Assembly (NCBI GenBank): GCA_009914755.4
Contig: CP068257.2
Span: forward strand, 25,536,001 to 25,600,000
DNA length: 64,000 bases
Origin: the human T2T-CHM13v2.0 reference genome, Homo sapiens
Direction of reading: 5' to 3'
In this document: positions 14,552 to 27,625 of the stretch, piece after piece
Layout of the letters: every line of letters begins with the position of its first letter
Position numbering within the stretch: position 1 is the stretch's first letter
The notes under the pieces: model-generated
Databases searched by the model: none
The model's input: the letters and a program-made list of their open reading frames with translations, nothing else
What the model was told of the DNA's origin: nothing
Position numbers and translations under genes: made by a program

Positions 14552-15282
14552 ATTTTCAGTAAGTTAAGTTTATTACTGCTATTTTTTGATAAACTCTCAA
14601 TATAAACAAACGTCTATATGAAAAGAGAAAGCATCAAAATATGTTTTATATACTTCTAAGTCTTTGCAAATCTGTGTAATATTTTTAGCAAGAACAGTTT
14701 CTGTGTAGCATGAAAACATAGCATGATGGCTTCCCTGTGTTATTTCCCATTTTGTCAGGGGAGTCAAGTAACTGCCAAGACCACATTGGTGGGCTTATGA
14801 AGGGTGATATCCCATACTCCCCACCCATAGTGAGTCATTCAATGGTGAGGTTCCTGAAGGGTGGAAAGAGTCTCAGAGTTCTGAGGGAGGCCTCTTGAAA
14901 GCAAACATACTTTGAAAGTGCAAGTCTGTTGTCCTACAGACGATCCTAAATTTGCAAGGATTCAGTGACATGTGGTTAAGACATCTTGAACTCATTATTG
15001 GAAAACTTGAAAAAAATTAGGATGGTTTCTGCCACACACTATTTTTTAAAAAAAATATGATTAAATACATGATTGCTTGTGTTTGTATAGACTTTTGCTT
15101 TTAGTCATTTTTTAAGTAGTCTAAAAGAGAAAACGTGTATTCTATTTTACCATAGGAATGTAAAATTCCTAAGGGCTCTATACTCTATGAACTTTACATG
15201 CACTGAAATTCCATCTAGAGAAATGGCGTTTAGGGGAAACTGTCAAGTGCACAAATCCTTTGCCTTTTAGTTTTTTTCATTC

Positions 15283-15352
15283 TGTGTATTTCTGTGTGTG
15301 TGTAATTTCTGAGTGTGTAATTTCTCTGTGTGTGTAATTTCTGCTATAAATT
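15283..15352. repeat. Tandem repeat of roughly 14 bp (tgtgtgtaatttct)n, about 4 copies
   Basis: tctgtgtatttctgtgtgtgtgtaatttctgagtgtgtaatttctctgtgtgtgtaatttctgc. Confidence 0.75.
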
Positions 15353-15855
15353 AGAAAGTGTGATAGTCTATATTTTTCCCATGAGTTGTTACCCTTAAGC
15401 AATAGCAGGAGAGAAATGAATTTATTTTAATTTCAAGCCATTTTAAGGTTTACTTCTCCATAGCATGGGGAAAAATGTATTAATTACTTTGGAGGATTCA
15501 GATACTTAATAGAGCAAAGGTTCATTTTGATTAAAATATATGAGAACTGGGGTAAGAAGAATTGTTCTTTTCAAATGTACACTCGGCATTTACCAAGATA
15601 GCTCATATTATGAAACATAAAATAAATCCCAATAAATTACAAGCATTCAAGTACTTTTATGTATTTAAATGTAATATGAACATATGATGTTAAAAGAAAA
15701 TACATAATGTTCTCTAAACACAGTGGCATTAAATAGAATTCAGTAGCAGAGAAATACCTGAAAATTCCTCAAATATTTAAAAACTAAATTATGTACTTAA
15801 GACATCAAAAGAAAAATTGGAAAATGTTTAGAGTTGAATAAAAATGGAAATATAG

Positions 15856-16242
15856 TGTCTTAGTTTGCTTTGTGCTGCTGTAACAGAATACCTGAGGCCT
15901 AGGTAATTTATAATTAACAGAAATGTATTGGTTTACCATCATGAAGGCTAGGAAATCCAATGTCAAGTTGTGGGCATCTTACCAGGGCCTTTTTGCTGTG
16001 CCATGATGTGGCAGAAGACAAGAGGGTGAGAGAGAGAGAGAGAGAGAGAGCACGGAAGGGAGTCCAAACTTACCTTTTTTATAAAAAAAATCAACTCCCA
16101 TAATAATAAACCTACTCCTGCATGACAACATTAATTCATTTATGAGGAAAGTGACCTCAAGGACCAATCACCACTCAAAAATCACAATGGCAACCAAATT
16201 TTAGCATGAGTTTTGGAGGGAACAAACATCCAAACCATAGCA
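15856..16242 (-). mobile_element. ERVL-MaLR solo LTR (MST/MLT-type) with an internal (GA)12 microsatellite at 16027-16050
   Basis: tgtcttagtttgctttgtgctgctgtaacagaatacctgaggcctaggtaatttataa ... gcatgagttttggagggaacaaacatccaaaccatagca, the reverse complement of a MaLR LTR. Confidence 0.7.
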
Positions 16243-16335
16243 CATAGGATATCTGAATGTGGGCAAAACAACTAAAGCAGTATTTAGGGACATTTTTGCC
16301 CTAATATAAATATTTATATTATTACGTAACATAAC

Positions 16336-18225
<1,890 letters not shown>

Positions 18226-18886
18226 ATTATGTAGAAAACCCAAAGGAATCTATAAAAAGTCTACTAGAGCTAGAGTGATTTTAACAAGATTTCAATACAC
18301 AAATTCAAATGTCTTTCTATATATTAATGACAATCAACAATAAAATTTTAAAACATTATTAAAGTATAATGAAAATATCAACTGTTTAGGGAGAAATGTA
18401 ACAAGAATGGTGAAGGACCTATACACTAAAAAGCTTCAATATGTTGTTGAGATTAACTGAAGAAGGTCTAAATAGATTTTTTTTTCATGTCTCGGAAGAC
18501 TTAATATGTGAAGATACCAATTCTTCCCCAAATGATCAACAGGTGAAATGCAATCCCAATCAAAATCCCAGCAATTATTTTAAGGGGGAAATTGGCAATC
18601 TGATTCTAAAATTCATATGGAAAAAAACAATGGAGTTAGAATAACTAAAACAAGTCCGAAAAAGAAAAAGAAATGGAGGACTAATGCTACCTGATTTCAA
18701 GTCTTATCGTATAAATCTACATCAATAAAGGACAAGTTGGTATTGGGTTAAAGATAGATAAATACATCAGTGGAATAGAATATTGAATCCAGAATAAATC
18801 CACACATATATGGATAAAAATACCAGACAATTCAGTGGAGATGGTTTTGTTTTTACAACAAATGTTACTGGAACAAATTGATATAT
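18226..18886 (+). mobile_element. Old LINE-1 (L1M-type) ORF2 internal fragment
   Basis: ...attggcaatctgattctaaaattcatatggaaaaaaacaatgg...ctacctgatttcaagtcttatcgtataaatctacatcaataaaggacaagttggtattgg...tggaatagaatattgaatccagaataaatccacacatatatgg...caattcagtggagatggttttgtttttacaacaaatgttactggaacaaattgatatatg corresponds to L1 ORF2 ...ctgatcctaaaattcatatggaaatgcaagggacccagaatagcc...cttcctgatttcaaaacttactacaaagctacagtaatcaagacagtgtggtactgg...ccaatggaatagaatagagagcccagaaataaacccacacatctatgg...caatggggaaaggatagtcttttcaacaaatggtgctgggacaactggatatccacatgc. Confidence 0.7.
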
Positions 18887-19276
18887 GTATTAGTCAGATA
18901 TGGCTGCCATAACAAAGAACCACAAACAGGTGGTTTAAATAATGGAAATAAATTTCCTCAGAATTCTGGAGTATGGAAGCCCAAGATCAAGTTGCTGGGA
19001 GGATTCGTTTCTTCTGAGTGTCTCTTTTTTTGATGACAGATGACTATCTTTTACCAATGTCTTCACTTGGTTTTCCCTCTGTGTGTGCCTAGGTCCTATT
19101 CTCCAATTCCTATAAGGAAACCAGTCATATTGGATTAGGGCCCACTCTAATGGCCCCATTTTACTTGCATTATCTCTTTAAAGACACTATCTCCAGATGT
19201 AGCCACACTCTGAAGTACTTGGAATTAGGATTTATGGTGCAAGAATCTGCGAGAGAGCACAATTCAGCCCATGACA
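18887..19276 (-). mobile_element. ERVL-MaLR MLT1-type solo LTR
   Basis: tgtattagtcagatatggctgccataacaaagaaccacaaacaggtggtttaaataatggaaataaatttcctcagaattctggagtatggaagcccaagatcaagttgctgg...ggattagggcccactctaatggcc...actctgaagtacttggaattaggattt...cacaattcagcccatgacaa is the reverse complement of MLT1 (tgttatgggctgaattgtgtcc...cccagtacctcagaatgtgactgtatttggagatagggtctttaaagaggtaattaag...ggccattagggtgggccctaatccaatatgactggtgtcc...cttgatcttggacttctagcctccagaactgtgagagaataaatttctgttgtttaagccaccc...ctaatac). Confidence 0.7.
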
Positions 19277-19795
19277 ATACCCATATGTAAACAAATCTGC
19301 ACACAAATCCTTGCATGCATATCTTTACAGCAGCATTATTCATAATTGCCAAAAACTGGAAAGGACCCAAATGCCCCTGAACTGGTGAATGGATAGACAG
19401 TATTTGTTGTAATCATACAATGGAATACTAGTCAGCCATAAGAAGCAATAAACTCATACACGCTGTGTTATGGCTGACCCTCGAAAACATTATGCCCAAT
19501 GAAAGAAGCCAGGCACAAGAGATCACATATTTTACGATTCCATTTACACTAAATGTCCATACAAACAAATTTATACAACAGAAACTAGATTATTGGTTGC
19601 CTGAGGCTGAGGGTTGGAGCGGTAATTAATTGTAAATACAGATGAGGAATATTATTGATATGAGAGATGAAAATGTTATAAAACTAATTTATGGTGATAG
19701 TTGCATCACTTGGTAACATTCCTAAAAATCATTGAAATGCCACCTTAAATGGGTGAATTTTATGCTATGTAAAAGATACCTCACTAAAATTGTTT
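19277..19795 (+). mobile_element. Old LINE-1 (L1M-type) extreme 3' end
   Basis: ...tttacagcagcattattcataattgccaaaaactggaaaggacccaaatgcccctgaactggtgaatggatagacag...caatggaatactagtcagccataagaagcaataaactcatacacgctg...gaaaacattatgcccaatgaaagaagccaggcacaagagatcacatattttacgattccatttacactaaatgtcc...ggttgcctgaggctgagggttggagcggtaattaat...ggtgatagttgcatcacttggtaacattcctaaaaatcattgaaatgccaccttaaatgggtgaattttatgctatgtaaaagatacctcactaaaattg matches the L1M ORF2 end and 3' UTR terminus. Confidence 0.7.
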
Positions 19796-19799
19796 AAAA

Positions 19800-20452
<653 letters not shown>

Positions 20453-21035
20453 TGTATGCTTTCTTATTTGTATCCTTTCTAATATTCTTTGGGTCTCTAG
20501 GGTTTTTAGAACATTTACAATTACTACCCCTAAGGTATTCTGTAACTATTCTTTTGAAGAAATGAATTAAAGACTAAATAAAAAATTGTTAATCTGTGCT
20601 TCCAAATTGGTTGTTGAGGTCTGAAGAAGCTAGCATCAGGGAGTGATAGTGGATCTAAGGATTCTTGGAGTTGTGGGAGGACTTTGCTAGAATCCTACAG
20701 GGAAGAATTTACGAGGATATTAGGACAGTTTAGCAAGTGCAGATAAATGCAATAAACATGGGGCCAAAATATGTATATACATCGGTCATGCTTGGTCGCT
20801 AAGTAGATAGCTGGCATCAAAAAGATGTCGCCTAAAGAAATGAGAGTTTCTGTTTTTCTTTCTCCTCTCCTTTCTTTTTCCCTCCTCTCTTCCTTCTTTC
20901 TTTATTCTTTTTTTCTTGAGTGAAATATCATTTTTCTTTGTTTTTCTTGAGTGAAATATACACTACTTAAAGCAAAATAGCACATTTTGTTACATGCTAG
21001 AAAAGCATAGGAGATTACATTTATTCTCAAAGAGT

Positions 21036-21280
21036 AATTATTATTATTATTTTTTTTTTTTTTTGAGAAAGTCTCTCCGCCTCCCAGGTTCAAGGGATTC
21101 TCCCACCTCAGCCTCCCGAGTAGCTGGGATTACAGGCGCATGCCACGACACCAAGCCAATTTTTGTATTTTTAGAAGAAATGGTCACCGCGTTGGCCAGA
21201 CTGGTCTCGAACTCCTGACCTCAAGTGATCTGCCTGCCTCGGCCTCCCAAAGTGCTGGGATTACAGGCATGAGCCACTGT
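21036..21280 (-). mobile_element. Alu SINE with an internal deletion of the first roughly 65 bp after the poly-T, preceded by a (TTA)n-like tract
   Basis: taattattattattatttttttttttttttgagaaagtctctccgcctcccaggttcaagggattctcccacctcagcctcccgagtagctgggattacaggcgcatgccacgacacc...cccaaagtgctgggattacaggcatgagccactgt. Confidence 0.9.
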
Positions 21281-21374
21281 AATTTATTTCTTTATTCAAC
21301 ATGTAAAACATTCTTTTAAATACATCTCATGGAAACATTTGAATTCCTCCAGTTACAGGTATATTTACTGCATC

Positions 21375-21650
21375 TCTACTCTCTTTTGATAGTACTCTGA
21401 AGTACTTGGAGTTAGGATTTATGGTGCAAGAATTTGCAAGAAACCACAATTCAGCCCATGACAATATCCAGATGTAAACAAATGAACTTCAATATGTACC
21501 TCAACATATGTCCATGCATCTATATTGCAAATCTTTTCATGCAGATCTATGAAAAGTCTACTAGAGCTATAATGGCCTTTAGTTATATCTGCATGCAAAT
21601 TTTTGCATTGAGATCTTCACAGCAGCATTATTCATAATTGTATTAAAAAG
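21375..21650. repeat. Degraded duplicate of the MLT1-LTR to L1M junction seen at about 19160-19345
   Basis: tactctgaagtacttggagttaggatttatggtgcaagaatttgcaagaaaccacaattcagcccatgacaatatccagatgtaaacaaatg...cttcacagcagcattattcataattg parallels actctgaagtacttggaattaggatttatggtgcaagaatctgcgagagagcacaattcagcccatgacaatacccatatgtaaacaaatc...ctttacagcagcattattcataattg, including the same LTR-to-flank junction. Confidence 0.5.
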
Positions 21651-21917
21651 ATTGCATTAGAAAGAATTGCGTTTTCTATTTATACAGTTGCTGATTTCTT
21701 ATTTCTTTGATAAACAGGAGTTGAATTTTATACAAATCATGGCTTTTTTTGTGTAAGATATTGAGGAAATCACTGTGAATTCAAAACGGTTCATGTTCTT
21801 AAGGAGCTGGATAGTTATTAGGTAGGCAGATACTTAGATAACTACCAGTAATAAAGATTTGCAGTAGCTAGTTATTGGAACACAGAAGAGAAAGTAGCTA
21901 ACTTTACCCTGGGTAGG

Positions 21918-22083
21918 TGATATAGTTTGGATATTGTCCCTGCCTGTCTCCTGTTGAATTATAATCCCCAGCACTAGAGGTGGGGCCTGGTGGAAGGTAT
22001 TTGGGTCTTGGGGGTGGAGCCCTCATGGCTTATTGCTATCTTCATGATAGTGAGTTCTGCTGAGATCTGGTCAGTTAAAAAGG
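21918..22083 (+). mobile_element. ERVL-MaLR (THE1/MST-type) LTR, 5' half, split by the L1PA insertion
   Basis: tgatatagtttggatattgtccctgcctgtctcctgttgaattataatccccagcactagaggtggggcctggtggaaggtatttgggtcttgggggtggagccctcatggcttattgctatcttcatgatagtgagttctgctgagatctggtcagttaaaaagg resembles THE1 tgatatggtttggctgtgtccccacccaaatctcatcttgaattgtaactcccacaattcccacgtgttgtgggagggacccagtgggaggtaattgaatcatggggg...gttctcgtgatagtgaataagtctcacgagatctgatggttttataaaagg. Confidence 0.75.
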
Positions 22084-22644
22084 TTCCATTTGACCCAGCA
22101 ATTCCATTACTGGGTATATACTCAAAGGATTATAAATCATTCTCTATAAAGACACATGCACACGTATGTTTATTGCAGCACTATTCACAATAGCAAAGAC
22201 TTGGAACCAACCCAAATGCTCATCAATGATGGACTGGATAAAGAAAATGTGGCACATATACACTATGGAATACTATGCAGCCATAAAAAAGAATGGGTTC
22301 ATGTCCTTTGCAGGGATATGGATGATGCTGGAAACCATCATCCTCAGTAAACTAACACAGGAACAGAAAACCAAACACCGCATGTTCTCACTCATAAGTG
22401 GGAGTTGAACCATAAGAACACATGGACATAGGGAGGGGAACATCACACACTGGAACCTGTTGGGGGGGTGTGGGGCAAGGGGAGAGAGAGCATTAGGACA
22501 AATAGCTGATGCATGTGGGGCTTGAAACCTAGATGACGGGTTGATAGGTGCAGCAAACCGCCATGGCCCATGTATACCTATGTAACAAACCTGCACATTC
22601 TGCACATGTATTCCAGAACTTAAAGTAAAAGGTAAAAAAAAAAG
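22084..22644 (+). mobile_element. LINE-1 3' end (primate L1PA-type), heavily 5'-truncated (about 560 bp) with a poly-A tail
   Basis: ccatttgacccagcaattccattactgggtatatactcaaaggattataaatcattctctataaagacacatgcacacgtatgtttattgcagcactattcacaatagcaaagacttggaaccaacccaaatg...catgttctcactcataagtgggagttgaac...cctatgtaacaaacctgcacattctgcacatgtattccagaacttaaagtaaaaggtaaaaaaaaaag. Confidence 0.92.
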
Positions 22645-22890
22645 AACGTGACACCTTCCTCTCCATGACTGTCTTTCATGCTCCTGCTTTTGCCATGTGA
22701 TGTGCCTGCTCCCCTTTGCCTTTCACCATGATTTTAAGCTTCTTGAATCCCTCACCAGAAGCCGAGCAAATGTCAGTGCCATCCTTGTGCAACTTGCAGA
22801 ACCATGAGTCAATTAAATCTCTTTTCTTTATATATTACCCAGTCTCAGGTATTTTTCGTTGTTGTTTAATAAGGAAAGGATTTCACTAAT
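22645..22890 (+). mobile_element. ERVL-MaLR (THE1/MST-type) LTR, 3' half, continuing 21918-22083
   Basis: ...ctcctgcttttgccatgtgatgtgcctgctcccctttgcctttcaccatgattttaagcttcttgaatccctc...gaaccatgagtcaattaaatctcttttctttatatattacccagtctcaggtatttttcgttg resembles THE1 ...gccgccatgtaagacgtgcctttgctcctcctttgccttccgccatgattgtgaggcctcc...gaactgtgagtccattaaacctctttcctttataaattacccagtctcgggtatgtctttattagcagtgtgagaacggactaataca. Confidence 0.75.
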
Positions 22891-24331
22891 TTTTGAAGCA
22901 AATAAGATTTGTGAGTTTCAAAGAAAAGGCTAACCTTCCTATATTAAATGTTTATGTCTAATGTTCCTCAATTGCAAATGCAAGTTTTGACCATTATGCA
23001 AAACAAAGTCCTGGAATTTACAACATTTTCTTGATGGTATTAACTCTTTTTTCTCTGGCATGCTATTGATAATAGATTAGATTCAAAAGATTGGCCGTAT
23101 TGTTCCCAGTGTCTGGCAGTATGGAATGGTTCAGGAGCTCTAAGGTAAAACCTATAAGTGAAAAATCAATGAGATTTTCATTCTACAGATCAATAGTTTA
23201 AAATGGTACACAGGTACTCATATTTGGCAACTTTCTTCTTTATAGCAATGTAAGAATGCCTAGTAGAGTAGGGATTAGGAGAACTGGTCTTGCTTGGAAA
23301 GGTTTGAGGAGGAGAAAGTGGTTAAACAGAAAATTGAGTAATATTTTACTATATAAATGAGAGTTGAAGGAGGGCAACCAGGAGGAAAAAAAAGCATTAC
23401 GAAAAACAAGGGATGATAGAGAATGAGATGTTTCAGGGACAGTTAGTGACTCAATGTGAGGAGTGTGCAGGGTATTCGATGGAACAGTGGTGCTTAATGG
23501 AGCCCCCAAAGCAGACAGAAAATAGAACAGAAATGGCCCTGCATGCCATGCTAAAGGATTTGGAATTGATCTTGTATTCACTGGAGAGCCGCAGGAGAAG
23601 TATAATAAAGGGAACAAAAGTGGACTTCAGAATGTAGTCTGTGTGGCATGAGAAGATAAATTCAGAGCACTTTCAGAAAGAAAGCAGAAAACCCTATACT
23701 ACGGCTATTTTATTAATGCAGGGAAAAATTATGGTGTCCTGGCATAAGATAGCAGCAGTTGAGAATGAAGAGGAGGGGCTGGATTTGAGATATATTAAGA
23801 ACATTGAATCAATAGGTTGGAATGGTTGAGCAGTGGGGGATTGAGGAATTGGTGAAGAACGTAAATGAGTCAAGGATGACTCATGGATTCCTAATTTATA
23901 AAAAATAAATATAATGGAGACATATAAAATATAAACATTCATTTGGTTTGTGTCATTTTACTGAAGAATCCTTGTTTTTAGCATACTTTTTGTATCATAG
24001 ATATTCATTACCTTGATTGAAAATCGAAAGCAGAAGAAATACATAAAACATTCACAACAAAGTTGCAAGAAAATTGCTTTGAAGATACAGTTTCCTGTTA
24101 TGTTGATTACTTTGTCCTAGGCTAGTGTCCTTCTTTATCTAAATTCTGAAATATTAGCTATTTTTTATCTGACTTACATTATACATCGTATTATGATGCA
24201 TACATAAAACTTTAACTTTGGGAGTTTGAAATACACTGGACCATAAGTTACATGAGTTTCAGGGCTGTTTACCTCTATATTCCCAGCATTTAGCACAGGG
24301 TTTCACACATAGTAAACACTCATTCTTGTTA

Positions 24332-24366
24332 AATGAATGAATGAACAAATGAATGAATGAATGAAA
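24332..24366. repeat. (GAAT)n / (AATG)n microsatellite
   Basis: gaatgaatgaacaaatgaatgaatgaatgaaat. Confidence 0.9.
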
Positions 24367-26759
24367 TAATTGTTCAAAAAATACCAATCAGCTGCTCAAT
24401 TTGTCCAGAATCATTAAATAGCAAATTTCTTTCTGATAATAATGGCAGAAATATTTCAGTTCAATTAGGTTGACAATCATATTTGAGTTTCTGGTACCAA
24501 TATACTACTCTCTGATACGCAATATAAATAATATCTGTAACCTAGTGTTCATTATCCATGAAGTATAAATAATCTTTTCAAAATTGTTTGGAAATGAACC
24601 AGTGGATATGCATTCAGAATTACTTTAGTTAAAACTCAAGACATATTAAATGTACATAGTACGTTCATGTCCTTCTTTATTTTGTCCTGTCCCCACTTTG
24701 GTTGTTGCCTGGCTGGTTCCCAAAGCAATTCCGAATTCCAGCATGCAGAATTTTATGTGAAACTTACCTAAGACAAAGGATGTTTTATTTTTTCAATGAC
24801 CACTTTCTTTCATGGCTTGGCACATAAAAGATGTAGACTTTCTCACTCTATTTCTGAATAATGGATTTTAAAACCATATTAGACATCTCCAACATAATAT
24901 AAACTGAGGGAGTACATGGTAGAGTATCTTAGGAATGTCCTGCCAGTAAACACAAGTAATTAATCAACCCACACATTTTTTTTTGTTAGCCTAATTTACT
25001 CCCATGAGATACAGCAGTAGTAAAATTCATTCATCCAACATTCTTTAATACTTGCCAGATAAGAAGGGCTACTTGCCCCCACTTCAGTGACAGGTTAATA
25101 GTTCTATTTTGGAAATGTTTGTCTAAATCCAAGAACTCAGGCTCAGTGCCATTTATTTATTTGGGAGATTGTTGGCAGGAAAGTACTATACCCTTACCTG
25201 GCAGGAGTAGTGCGGGTGAGGATTTTGCCTTCATTTTCATTTGTGCTTAATTCAATCTGATAGAAAATAGCTGCAGAGCACAAGTGAGAAGGAATATATA
25301 CAGAATTTTCAAGGAAGAAAAATAAAATTGGTGTTAAAATTAACTTCACTTCAACATCTAAAGTGAAGTCTCATTATCCTGTGTACCTCAAGGACATATT
25401 CTCCAAACTTCTCAGCTATTTCTGAGGGGCTCTCCACTTATATTTCAACTTCCTTCTTTGTAGCCCCAGATATAGGCTTACACCTCCTGGCTTGACTGCT
25501 TCTCTGATGCTATGAACTCTACATTCAAGTTTCAAGCCAATAGAGCTCCAAACATACAATTTCTCTGTATCACATTCACAATGTTCTCTAGGCTTAAAGG
25601 GAGAAGAGTGACCTCCACCCCTCCTGCACTGGAGTATATTTCTCTCTCTTAAGACAACCCTCAATCTACCTCCTATTTAGTGATGTTTCCACATTTACTG
25701 TGCATTTCAGGTAACAGCAGCCACAGGTGGTTACATCTATCCTTGCTTTGTACTGTCTAGCTCAACTACCACCACACCTAACTGTACCATGCCATTCTAC
25801 TCCAGTGGCCAGATGCCAGATGGGCACTAAGGTGTCTGGCACCATCCACAGACTGACCAGTATATGCCATAGCCTAGTGCAAGTGCAAGAGGCCAACTCA
25901 ATCAGTCTGCCTTTGAATGCTAGATCTGGACACCAGAAAATCTGGACACCAAAAATCAAGATGTCCACATAAGTCATACTTTCAGGCTGCCCTGATTATT
26001 TCTCAAGTACCTCATAGCTAAAATGTAAAAGGCCTAGCTATTTTTAAAAAAATTTTAAATAGCTCTGAACCCGAGAATGCTTTAAGTTCACAGTAATATA
26101 GATGAAAGCTAAAATGTCAAAGGTACAGCTATAATAACTTAAAAGACAAGTACCTTTGTGAATCAGAAATAATCTAGAAAGAGTTTTAGAAAATATATAA
26201 ATCTATGGTCATTCTTGGATCTGGCTGGAGAAGCAGGCAGAACCAGCTAAATGATAACATTGACTTTTTGATATGCCATTCTGCATACCGGTCTCACATT
26301 CAGGCTGGTAACAGGACGGGTGCAGTTGTTCCTGCCATCGCATCTCATATTCACATAGGACCGTATTAAGAATATAAAAAAACTAGAGGAGCACCTAGGT
26401 CTCCTTCGTAAGAAAATCTTTCTGGAATGCCTCCACGTAGACTTCCCTATATATCCTATTGGCCAGAATTTTGTTCTATATCCATTCTTTACCTGATCAC
26501 TGGGAAGGCAGAAGGAATTGCCATAACTGGAAGAAAAAAACAACCTGTGGAATAGAATGTTTGGGAAGAATCCAGCAAAAATGCCCACCATGATACATCT
26601 TTTGCTCATACATTATGTTAAAAATGCTGATGTCAAAATTAAACACACTCAGTCCTTCTTCAAATAGAAACAACTCAAAGTTTCATCCTTGGTCAAATTC
26701 AGTATTTTGCATGATGTGTAATCCTCATCACATCTCTGCTCAGTTTTTCATGTTCTATA

Positions 26760-26832
26760 TCAGAGGTCAGCAAAATATGGCCCTATAGCCAAATCTGGCC
26801 TGCTGCCTGTTTTTGTGTGGCCCACAAACTAA
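26760..26832. mobile_element. Fragment of an ancient mammalian interspersed repeat (MER-type, unclassified)
   Basis: cagaggtcagcaaaatatggccctatagccaaatctggcctgctgcctgtttttgtgtggcccacaaactaa resembles the widespread motif ggccagatttggcccgcgggccgtagtttgc / caaactacggcccgcgggccaaatctggcc. I cannot name the family with confidence. Confidence 0.3.
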
Positions 26833-26853
26833 TGTGTGTGTGTGTATGTGTGT
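26833..26853. repeat. (TG)n microsatellite, short and imperfect
   Basis: tgtgtgtgtgtgtatgtgtgt. Confidence 0.9.
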
Positions 26854-27508
26854 TTACAATTGTTAATGTTTACATTTAAAACAAGAATAAATCATATTCT
26901 TTGTTTTTCCTTTTGTCCTGGAAATTCTAAAATATTTACCATATGGTCCTTTGCAGAAAATGTTTGCCAACTCCTGTTCAATGGGACTTTGAATGAAAAG
27001 ACAAGTTTTCCACCCCAATATAACCAATATACAATGATACATCATTTTAAAAATGTAATTCTAAAAAGGGATTGTTGGGTGACACTCTTACATGAATTTT
27101 GTCCTAATATTGGTCTTTGTGAGGGTGGTGGCCAATGCTCCTTGGAATGTCCTGCCTATTCTTTTTTCCTAATGTGGCCTTACGTAAACTGAGGTCATGG
27201 AAGCATGAAATCCAAAATTTTCTAACAAGGCTTCCAAGGGTGGATCTTATTTGTTTCAGTAGAACAAAACTTGCTATTCTAATGGTCTCTCCACTTTTCC
27301 TTCTGCCTCTGAGCAAGATGAAGAAAAAAAGATGAAGCTGTTTTCCAGAGACCAGCACTTCATCCCTGAGAAAATGTCAAGATTATAGGCATGCTCTATA
27401 GAAGATAATGAGTTAATACCGGTAATTTGTTTACTCATATTTGAAACTCAGTTTCCCTATTTGAACAATGGAAATTATAATATCTTCTTCTCAAGTTTAT
27501 GTATTTGA

Positions 27509-27625
27509 TCCTTCATAAATATAGAAGAAATGTACCTGTTTTTTCTTGTTATCCTCTGTGATTTGCTTTTTCATAAATATAGGAGAAATGTCCCTATTTT
27601 TTCTTTAGTTATCCCCCATGAGAAG
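27509..27625. repeat. Tandem duplication of a roughly 58-bp unit, two diverged copies
   Basis: cttcataaatatagaagaaatgtacctgttttttcttgttatcctctgtgatttg followed by ctttttcataaatataggagaaatgtccctattttttctttagttatcccccatgag. Confidence 0.7.

Noticed and set aside
22166-22408. 80-aa ORF (MFIAALFTIAKTWNQPKC...) and the similar ORF at 17761-17988
   Set aside because: These are the conserved C-terminal tail of L1 ORF2 (…FTIAKTWNQPKCPS…DWIKKMW…MEYYAAIKK…) inside 5'-truncated dead L1 copies. They are correctly part of the mobile-element annotations, not independent CDSs.
23240-23637. 125-aa and 74-aa overlapping ORFs in opposite strands
   Set aside because: There are no splice-site or Kozak support, no CpG retention, and the translations are low-information. 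The region may be an unrecognised ancient repeat. I could not support a gene call.
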